35,313 bases of DNA, taken from positions 1 through 35,313 of the forward strand of contig JBDRTG010000037.1 of assembly GCA_043824255.1 (NCBI GenBank). The letters are read 5' to 3'. Position numbers and translations under genes: made by a program. The notes under the pieces were generated by a model. It was not told where the DNA came from. It saw nothing but the letters and a program-made list of their open reading frames with translations, and searched no databases. This stretch comes from a bacterium (GTDB lineage Bacteria > JAHJDO01). Shown here in pieces: positions 27,813-35,313 of this stretch; the first letter of the stretch is position 1; every line of letters begins with the position of its first letter.

Positions 27813-29864
27813 TTATTTTAAAATAATTTTAAACCCAACCTCTCCCTTCCTGAGTTTAACCTTTACCTCTTTTCCCTTTAGCCAGCGGTATATATTTTTA
27901 TCCAATTTTATTACAGTATTTACCTTCTCCTTTCCATAGTATAACAGGGTAATGCCCTTCGCATCAGCGTAAATTTTAACGATTAAATTGGGGTTTTCCG
28001 CTTTTATTCCCACATTATCGCGAAAACCAAAAGGGAAACCAGGTGCCTGTAATTTCCGCAAAGATTGCCGGAATTGAACGGCATTTTTTAAAAACGAAGA
28101 ACTTAATTCTTTATTCCTCCCCCATGACCAGATGGTGCACGGGATAAAACCACATACAAGCGCATTATTCAAATCCTCTCTGTTTTTTGAACTTATATCT
28201 TCAACTATGAGATGCTCAGGGTGTGTATATCTCAGTACTTCATGTTTTGCTGTTCCACCTGAAGGGCGGAACTGGCAGCGACATTGCCAGAAGTCAAAGT
28301 TGCGGGCAGTCAAATCGCTGGAACATTCGGTAAGCAAAAACCCTTCAGGCACACCCAGCCCTTCTTTTGAAATCTCTGCCATTTTTAGCATTCCCTGTGT
28401 ATGTGTTTTGAGTATTTCTGGAGAACAAGTGGAGTGTCCATGATTTGTTTTTTTACAGACTATCCACTGAAGAGGAACCTGGTCCAGTTGTAAACCAGTT
28501 GTCCCAAATTCCTTAAATTCTTTCACAATTTCTCGCCACATTTTTAGCCACTGGTGAGAACCCGGGCAGGCAAAATAAGCCCGCGGCGTAGTTGCAAATT
28601 CAGGATATTGAGCGCAGGTAAATCCAGTATTTGCCTCCGGGACATAATGAATAGCTCCCGGCTCATTCATAAAAGGGTGTGTGTAAAATAAAATTGCCTT
28701 GACCCCCATTTTGAGAAGTGTTTTTACCATTTTCTTGGCTGCCTCATCCCCACCGGCTTTCTCATTACAGGGCAAAAAGTCAGGGTCTTTCTGGTCAAAT
28801 CCATCTGGTCCCTGTCCTGCGATCCAGACAAGCATATTTTTAGATGGGACACCTGTTTCGTTCATAGTCTTTTCTATACGCCCCGGAACTTCAGAAAACG
28901 AATTTACTATTTTATTTTTATTATTAGTAATTACTATAGCGCGCACCATGTCTATATTTTTGGCAAGATTGCTTGTATTTCGTTTATCTAAAAAATCTCC
29001 TTTAAATATTCTTTTATATTCTTTTTGATAAATATCAGCCATAGCGTGCCAATCCCCTGAATGAGGAGCTATAATCCAATCATCCGTTTTGAAAGATTGT
29101 CCGGGTCCCAGAGGATAAAATCCGCCTATACTGCCTTCCAAATTAAAATGCCGCCAGGAAATGTTCATCCCGGAACCATTACTTTTAACAGAAAAGACCA
29201 TGGTCATGCCTTGTTGGTTGAGATAGCCAATTCCAATGCCACCCTTTCTTCCATAGAGATCTATCCAACCAGCAAAAAGAGCATGTGCGCTTGGCTTGCC
29301 CGGGTAGCCGAATACCATCTCTTTTTTAAAGAAATCCCGGGGATTCTTCCAGACGGCACCCGAAGCCCATGTCGGCACTGTCAGGTATTCCTTATCTTTT
29401 TGTTCATCGGCGGTTAATTCCCCGTCCTGACCTGACTGAAAGTTTACTATTGAGAATTGACCATAATTCTTAAGCGCAGCCTTTATTAGGAAATATTCAC
29501 AATTTTCACCGATGGTTAAAGTTACGGTTAATTTTATTCCCACAGGACTGTTGGTCTCAGTCGCTTTTAAATCAGGATATTCCATTTTTAGAATGGTTTT
29601 GGAATCAAAGGGGGAAATTTGATATTTCATCTTCTGGGGGGAATCGGGGGAAATGTTAAGATGGAGAAACTTATCCGAACTACTTGACGACTTCAGCCAA
29701 ATAGCAAAAGGCCATGAGCCTCCTCTTTTTGACTTATGGTGAAGGCCGGTGCGTTTGTTAAAAATATCGGAGATGAAGCCTGTAGATTCATCAATAACCA
29801 TTCCTACAGATTTATTCTCCAGGTAAATCTTGTTCTTATAAATTCTATAGCTCATCTTCTTCAA
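27813..29864 (-). CDS. Hypothetical protein, probable glycoside-hydrolase-like TIM barrel (DUF6259-like)
   Basis: N-terminal beta-rich domain ending HSGDWHAMADIY, then ACPGS..W, GLQLDQ and LTEC; sugar-cluster context. The family assignment is inference. Confidence 0.5.
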   Translation of the reverse strand: MKKMSYRIYKNKIYLENKSVGMVIDESTGFISDIFNKRTGLHHKSKRGGSWPFAIWLKSSSSSDKFLHLNISPDSPQKMKYQISPFDSKTILKMEYPDLKATETNSPVGIKLTVTLTIGENCEYFLIKAALKNYGQFSIVNFQSGQDGELTADEQKDKEYLTVPTWASGAVWKNPRDFFKKEMVFGYPGKPSAHALFAGWIDLYGRKGGIGIGYLNQQGMTMVFSVKSNGSGMNISWRHFNLEGSIGGFYPLGPGQSFKTDDWIIAPHSGDWHAMADIYQKEYKRIFKGDFLDKRNTSNLAKNIDMVRAIVITNNKNKIVNSFSEVPGRIEKTMNETGVPSKNMLVWIAGQGPDGFDQKDPDFLPCNEKAGGDEAAKKMVKTLLKMGVKAILFYTHPFMNEPGAIHYVPEANTGFTCAQYPEFATTPRAYFACPGSHQWLKMWREIVKEFKEFGTTGLQLDQVPLQWIVCKKTNHGHSTCSPEILKTHTQGMLKMAEISKEGLGVPEGFLLTECSSDLTARNFDFWQCRCQFRPSGGTAKHEVLRYTHPEHLIVEDISSKNREDLNNALVCGFIPCTIWSWGRNKELSSSFLKNAVQFRQSLRKLQAPGFPFGFRDNVGIKAENPNLIVKIYADAKGITLLYYGKEKVNTVIKLDKNIYRWLKGKEVKVKLRKGEVGFKIILK

Positions 29865-29881
29865 CTCCTTGTATGAGTATT

Positions 29882-30583
29882 TTAATAGAGTTCACTTACC
29901 AAGATTTTTCTTCGACTCTCCACATGCATATCACAGAAAAGGAGATTGAGAGATCCATTATGAAGATTCCTCCAGCCATCATCCTCGTCTATATCACCGT
30001 CACTATCGCTGTCGTTACTACTAAAAAAATAAACTCCTACTGCAAGACCACCATATACTGTGCCTGCACTGCGAGAGCAACAAAGCAAGACCTTTTCGCC
30101 TGGCTGCGGTATCCTCCCTAATTTGGGATATTTTGAATTCCAGATACCTGCTCCTGAGGGAGCGCCATAAGAGTCTTGTAAATTTGCATTCATTGAGAAG
30201 TTCATAGGCATAGCGTAATAGGCCCCTTCGTCGCTGGGGCATTTATACAGGGTAGATTTTGCGCGTGCGGCTTTAGCGGATGCCTCATTTACGGCGTGGG
30301 CAGGAATATCTTCATTGGTATAACCATCATTATCAAGAAGATTGGCCCATGATTTATCAGAGTTTGGAGCGTCATTGCTCCATGCATAGGGAAGGTAGCC
30401 TTCATTATCATCAGCATACATCATCATCGCCAGTCCGAGTTGTCTCATATTACTCACGCATTTTATGCTTCTCGCCATTTCTCTTGCTTTTGATAGCGCT
30501 GGCAGGAGCATTGATGCAAGTAGGGCAATAATGGCTATTACAACAAGTAACTCTATTAACGTGAATGAGTTTCCTGCTTCCAC
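29882..30583 (-). CDS. Prepilin-type N-terminal cleavage/methylation protein (DUF1559-like, H-X9-DG type); true start uncertain
   Basis: [30 protein letters not shown]...CVSNMRQLG, then CPSD and [15 protein letters not shown]. Confidence 0.9.
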   Translation of the reverse strand: MEAGNSFTLIELLVVIAIIALLASMLLPALSKAREMARSIKCVSNMRQLGLAMMMYADDNEGYLPYAWSNDAPNSDKSWANLLDNDGYTNEDIPAHAVNEASAKAARAKSTLYKCPSDEGAYYAMPMNFSMNANLQDSYGAPSGAGIWNSKYPKLGRIPQPGEKVLLCCSRSAGTVYGGLAVGVYFFSSNDSDSDGDIDEDDGWRNLHNGSLNLLFCDMHVESRRKILVSELY

Positions 30584-30630
30584 AAATCCTTCTTGTTTTA
30601 TTTAACATTTTCTGTTTCCTCCCTTTTTTG

Positions 30631-31758
30631 TTAAAGTGTAATATCCTTCGGTCTTAAAGAACTGCTTCTCACTACCAATTCTGGTTTTAGAACAATTCTT
30701 TTGGCTTTTTTTATTTTCTTATTGATTTTGTCAATTATTAAATTTGCTGCTTGTTTTCCTGTTTCATCGACAGGCTGGCGAATGCTTGTAAGAGGCATGG
30801 AAACGTTTAAAGACGCAGCGTTGTCATCAAAGCCTGCAATACCTATATCAGAGGGAACGCTTAGCCCCCTTTCTTTTACTGCATCCAGAACCTTTACTGC
30901 CAGACCGTCATGCACGCATACAATACTGTCAACATTTAAGCTGGAATTCAGCAGAGCATTAACTGCAGATGCTATATCCTTAAAGTTTCTTTTACCTATG
31001 ATCAGTTTTTCATTAAATTCTAACGCATATCGCTGCAGGGCTTTCTTGTATCCCTTTATTCTGTCTCTAGCGGAACTCATATAAGAGCTCCTGATAAATG
31101 CAATCCTTTTATATCCCTGTTTTATTAGATGTTCAGTTAAAATAAATCCTGCCTCCTCATTATCCGTTAAAACGCAATCAGTTTCTATTTCATCCAGATA
31201 TCCATCAAAAAAGACGAAGGGTATTGAAGACTTCCTCATTAATCTAATCAGTGTCATATTCTTTGTTTCATATTCCGAATCTCCGCTGGTCATATGAGGA
31301 ACCAATATAATCCCGTCTACATTCTTTCTGGCAAAGGAAGTAATATATTTTTTTATTTTTACAAAATTATTATTAGCATTCCCTAATAATATATTATACC
31401 CCTTTCTATGCGCTTCGGACTCTATTGCAAAAGCGGTTCCCGAATAAATAAATGGACGATCTACGGAAGGTACTATAACGCCTATAAGTCCCGAATTTTT
31501 ATTATTCATAGCCGTCTGGCTAAGTTCCGAGACAAATGTTCCTCTACCCTGATCTGTGTATAATAACCCCTTCTGGACAAGCAGATTAATTGCCTGTCTT
31601 ACTGTATTTTGGCTTACAGCATACTTTCGCATTAATTTTGGATTAGATGGTATTGCCTTTCCTTTTTTTAACTCACCATTGCTAATTTTATTCTCTAAGA
31701 TATTAGATAATTGACAATACTTCGGTATAGAATTTTTGATGTCAGTAATACTTGCCAT
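30631..31758 (-). CDS. GntR HTH + LacI-type sugar-binding transcriptional regulator (AraR-like)
   Basis: N-terminal PKY...VSQNTVRQAINLLVQKGLLY..QGRGTFV and C-terminal VPSDIGIAGFDD...LTSIRQP. Confidence 0.92.
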   Translation of the reverse strand: MASITDIKNSIPKYCQLSNILENKISNGELKKGKAIPSNPKLMRKYAVSQNTVRQAINLLVQKGLLYTDQGRGTFVSELSQTAMNNKNSGLIGVIVPSVDRPFIYSGTAFAIESEAHRKGYNILLGNANNNFVKIKKYITSFARKNVDGIILVPHMTSGDSEYETKNMTLIRLMRKSSIPFVFFDGYLDEIETDCVLTDNEEAGFILTEHLIKQGYKRIAFIRSSYMSSARDRIKGYKKALQRYALEFNEKLIIGKRNFKDIASAVNALLNSSLNVDSIVCVHDGLAVKVLDAVKERGLSVPSDIGIAGFDDNAASLNVSMPLTSIRQPVDETGKQAANLIIDKINKKIKKAKRIVLKPELVVRSSSLRPKDITL

Positions 31759-31776
31759 ATCTTCACACTTTTATAT

Positions 31777-31795
31777 TTATTGGTCTTACCAATAA
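31777..31795. promoter_or_regulatory. Palindromic GntR-type operator
   Basis: TTATTGGT-CTT-ACCAATAA, perfect 8-bp arms, lying between the promoter and the regulator ATG. Confidence 0.7.
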
Positions 31796-31809
31796 GTTTA
31801 ATCAACTTA

Positions 31810-31838
31810 ATAGTGACATAGCTCTAAAAGGATGTCAA
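31810..31838 (-). promoter_or_regulatory. Promoter of the GntR-pilin-GH38 cassette
   Basis: Minus strand TTGACA(31838-31833), 17 bp, CACTAT(31815-31810) with a TG extension. Confidence 0.55.
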
Positions 31839-31851
31839 GGGTTTTTTGTAG

Positions 31852-31879
31852 TTGTATTTTAGAGAAATAAGGTTAGAAT
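31852..31879 (+). promoter_or_regulatory. Putative leaderless promoter in front of the gatB fragment
   Basis: TTGTAT, 16 bp, TAGAAT; ATG 7 nt downstream, no strong SD. Confidence 0.5.
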
Positions 31880-31886
31880 AGATGTT

Positions 31887-31943
31887 ATGAACTACGAACC
31901 GGTAATTGGGCTGGAAGTTCATGTTCAGCTTTCAACAAAGACT
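31887..31943 (+). pseudogene. gatB: 5' fragment of gatB (19 codons), truncated
   Basis: Manual translation MNYEPVIGLEVHVQLSTKT matches the conserved GatB N-terminus (VIGLEVHxQL). Similarity is lost before the expected K(I/L)F. Confidence 0.88.
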
Positions 31944-31969
31944 ACCCTTTTGTATTTCATCAAAATTTA

Positions 31970-34900
31970 TCACTCGGAAACTACCAATGCTTTAACATCG
32001 TTGGGGAGAATTTCTACGGTTATCTCCTTTAAGTTCCCCAGGTCCTTCTCCTGGTAATAATCATAGACCTTCATCTTTTGGTTGAACTTCTCATTAACTA
32101 CCTTGACCTTCTTTTTTACATTGTCTTCGTTAATCAGCAGGATCAGCCGTGTTTTCCCATCAGTAAATACAGTAACATCATCCGGACTCATTCCGGAAAC
32201 CTCAACCAGGGAGTTGTCTTTTTGATGGAAGATAAAAAGACTTTCATAATCGGCTACTAACCGGGAAATCTCTGCTGAAGCATAAAAGGTTCGGCCATCG
32301 AGTTGGGTTAAGTACCAGATCATAATCCCGCCAGTACCATCAACTGCTCGCCGCAATAAGATAGCTTTGCTGGCAAAACCGGGGTATTCCTGCTTTTTAA
32401 CATCATAAGGAGAAACAATATGCCCCAGTGCGAGAGGAGTTTTTCCTAAAGCCGACAAGGTATCAGCTATCTGCTTTTCTGGTCTTCCGTATCCGCATAT
32501 AGCTAAATCAATCTTATCAGCCAGCATACTCCAGTCCACCCCGTATCCCTCTTTTGTAGTATCGCACTGATAGCCGCTATAGACGGAAAAGATAATCTCC
32601 GGATTGGCCTTCCTTGCTGCCTCTCTGAATCTACCGCATAAAAGAGCCATCCTCATATTCATAAATTTAATCCACTGTTTCCTGTAATTCTTTTTGATAA
32701 TCTCAGGAGTAAGTTTCTCTGAAGAAGAGATTTTTGCAAACTTCTTGAATTTCTCCAGACAGCGAGGACAGTAGCATGAGATATCACTGCTCCACACATT
32801 TTGTTCATAATCCCAGTCCATATTATCCACTTTTTTTCTCTTTATAAATTCCCTAATTATTTCTTCCAGATATTTCCATGCAGGAGAATCTTCTAAGAGC
32901 AGTGTAGTGCAGATTTCGTTTTTACGAGCATCCCCGGGGATAAATCTTCTCACTCCTTTATTATCCAACAAAGCATCTTCAGGATGTTTGCTAAGATACG
33001 GCTGGCAATTAAAGGTCCAAGACTCAAAACCAATCATTACTAAATTTTTAAGACCTATTTCCGTTGGAATCGGCTTACCGTACCATATCTCATTAAATCC
33101 AGAATTGATAAGGTCATTGAGCACATAGGTCTTAAAAGCTGCATCGTCCATTGCCTGGAGCCAAGCTCCTCCCACCTGCCAATGATATTTTTTAGGCTGC
33201 TTTCCTCTTAATGGAGGAAGGATATTAACTTTTAATACATGCGGTACTTCTTCTACGTTTTCTTTTCCCGCTTTTAGTTATTAATAAAATACTGTTTTAT
33301 CAGAGTCAAACTTTTTCTTTAAAACCGGCAACTGAACCAGAATAGAGATAAACCGATGGCTAGGGATATTTCGGGATGCGATAGATTTAGGAGTAGTAAT
33401 CAGATACTTTTTGTAATTCTTTTTGTTCCTTTTGACAGTCCCCTGCTCCTTGCAGGAAACAGGCAGCCATCCATAGTAGCTGCTAGCACCTAATACATTA
33501 AATTCTTCAGGCACCTCAAGGAAGAAGCTATAATCCGTTAATGTCCTTCCTTTGATTCCCTCCGGTACCAGGAATAACTGCTGGATGGAGTTCTGGGCAA
33601 TGGAGATACCTCCCTTTTCCCAGTTAGGCCAGAAACGGCTGCTGTTAAGCAAAATTACCTTGCGTAAATAACCTTTCCCTTTTTCCCATGTATCATCCAC
33701 GGTAAAGCCAAAATCTCCAACTGAGAATTCTCCCTTGATTGGTCCTTCAGTCTTTATCTCAATGATATTCTCGCCTTTGACAAGAGGGGTTTCCTTTTCT
33801 ATCTCTTCTCCGTTAACATAGAGTTTATAAGCAGATTCAGCTTTTATATTAGCTTTGAGAACAGATGACTTTACGTCAGCAAAGTAGAGAGGGGAGCGAT
33901 AATAAACCTTAAATGTAGCAGGGTCTAATATCCGGTATTGAAAAGAGAATTCACCGTCATTATCCAGCAGGTAATCATAATTCAATTGTTTTTTTCCTGC
34001 CAGCTTATAGTCCTGAAATGCTCTCTTTTTTTCTCCCTTGTCAAATTTGATAGTTGTTTCTATTCTTAAAGAAGTATTTGGACGCTGCGGAATAATCTCA
34101 GCAGTTAGCTTGTTCTTACCACGATTGAAATTACCCATTTTTACTGAGCTAACCCTGGGGACATCTTTACCAAAGACAATCCTTCCAAATTCCTTGGCAT
34201 TATGGAAGCCAGTCTCCATTGGCTGCCAGAGGCTGGTTTCCTTCTTATTCTGCTCTATCCTTCCCAGACACACTCCCCATGAATCTCTCTCTTTAACTAT
34301 GGTATTCAGAGAAGAAAATGGAATAGACATCTCTGCTACCCAGTAGCCATTCTCTATCCTGGTAGAAATTTTAGCATTATTATTCCATGTTTTATCCCTG
34401 CTTCCCCATGGATTTTGACCTCCACACCTGGCATCATTGATAACTCCTGCTCCATTGATGAAAATGTCAAAGAAGGTGTTCTTATCCCTGTTGGTATCCA
34501 GGAGAATGACAATACAGTCATCTCCAAAAAGTTTGTCATCATCATTTACCAGTGTATCTTTCTTAAAGGCGTGTAGTTGATTATTCACCGGGTCAAGACA
34601 GCTCGCTTCACATTTGAAAGCAAGATAGAGATTATCTTTATCATAACATAGATAAACTTTTGTTTGCTCTTTGGCAAACTTGTTCTGATTCTTTAAGATA
34701 AATGGGGAGCCCTCTATACTCTTTTCCCAGCATGCATCATTCAATACTCCGTCTATTTGTGGAGCAACTGAGGTTTTTCCTGCCATTAATGAACCTGTTT
34801 TGGACGCGGCTTCTGAAGGAGAACTAATCATCAGAATGAAGAATAAACTTAATAGTACTGTTAATAAAACCTTTATCTTCTTTTGCTTATATCTACTCAT
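31970..34900 (-). pseudogene. Large secreted carbohydrate-binding protein (signal peptide, CBM9-like domain, putative TIM barrel), ~976 aa, split by in-frame TAA TAA
   Basis: ORFs 33281..34900 and 31970..33175 share one frame, and the only stops between them are at 33278-33283. CBM9-like motif APQIDGVLNDACW...TKVYLCYDKDNLYLAF; C-terminal DWDYE and CYCPRC. Confidence 0.7.
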
Positions 34901-35312
34901 TTTCTTCCTCCAATAATTTTAACTCTTTATCCGTCAAGTTGTCCATAGTGGTAACTACCATGGAATCCAACCTGATTTTAACCGCTTTGTCCGGCCCACT
35001 GAATCTTATGCCGAATACTTCACCAACCTCCTTAGCACTGATAGGCCCCATCTTGACCCATGTCCACTCCTGAGAAACAGGGAGATTCTTCTTAAAAACA
35101 GTCTGTGCCCCACTCTTTACCAAAACATAGCTTTCACTATTATCATCAATCCAGACCTTCAGATAAATATAAGTTGGTTTAGCTGTCTGAGGAAAAGGGA
35201 CTTTCATTGCGAGCATATACTCCCGCTTCCCTTCTGAATAAGCCCCTCCACTGACTGAGTTATCCTTTACTATCCATGCATTTCCTTTATACTCCTCTGC
35301 TTCATACCAGAT
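34893..35312 (-). CDS. C-terminal part of a hypothetical protein with a CBM-like jelly-roll domain (5' end outside the window)
   Basis: The frame stays open from 35216 to the edge: IWYEAEEYKGNAWIVKDNSVSGGAY...EWTW...RLDSMVVT. It overlaps the start of the next gene by 8 nt. Confidence 0.6.
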   Translation of the reverse strand: MWYEAEEYKGNAWIVKDNSVSGGAYSEGKREYMLAMKVPFPQTAKPTYIYLKVWIDDNSESYVLVKSGAQTVFKKNLPVSQEWTWVKMGPISAKEVGEVFGIRFSGPDKAVKIRLDSMVVTTMDNLTDKELKLLEEENE

Positions 35313-35313
35313 T

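Noticed and set aside
31944..32057. Continuation of the gatB-initiated frame to a stop near 32057 as a real small protein
   Set aside because: After codon ~19 it is junction sequence and the antisense of the neighbouring gene, with no GatB similarity.
33278..33283. Alternative genetic code (TAA reassigned)
   Set aside because: TAA terminates many clear genes in this window, including rpmH, yidC, mnmE and groEL.

Overview
AT-rich chromosomal window from an uncultured diderm bacterium. The gene set suggests PVC/Omnitrophota/Ratteibacteria affinity (inference only). The + strand backbone is housekeeping: queH, rpmH-rnpA-yidD-yidC-mnmE, a CIRCE-controlled groES-groEL-groES cluster, an S41 protease, a UAP1-type UDP-GlcNAc pyrophosphorylase, and proC-yggT-ileS-dksA-like-lspA-lgt-gatA. 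Several accessory units interrupt it. The end of an IS1202/ISNCY-like element occupies the first 139 bp. A sugar isomerase/oxidoreductase trio follows pal-LysM, and an XRE-cupin plus two PilZ genes is bracketed by a ~36 bp direct repeat. Two minus-strand carbohydrate cassettes have split the gatA-gatB locus. The first cassette (GntR/LacI regulator, H-X9-D pseudopilin, DUF6259-like protein, URO-D-fold enzyme, GH38) lies between gatA and an unannotated 19-codon gatB 5' fragment, and the second begins where that fragment breaks off. Signals missed by the ORF track include the gatB stub, a ~976-aa CBM9-like gene split by adjacent in-frame TAA TAA, an apparent frameshift in the pseudopilin leader, two near-identical leaderless promoters, heptamer tandem repeats and REP-like hairpins. 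No rRNA, tRNA or CRISPR array was seen.
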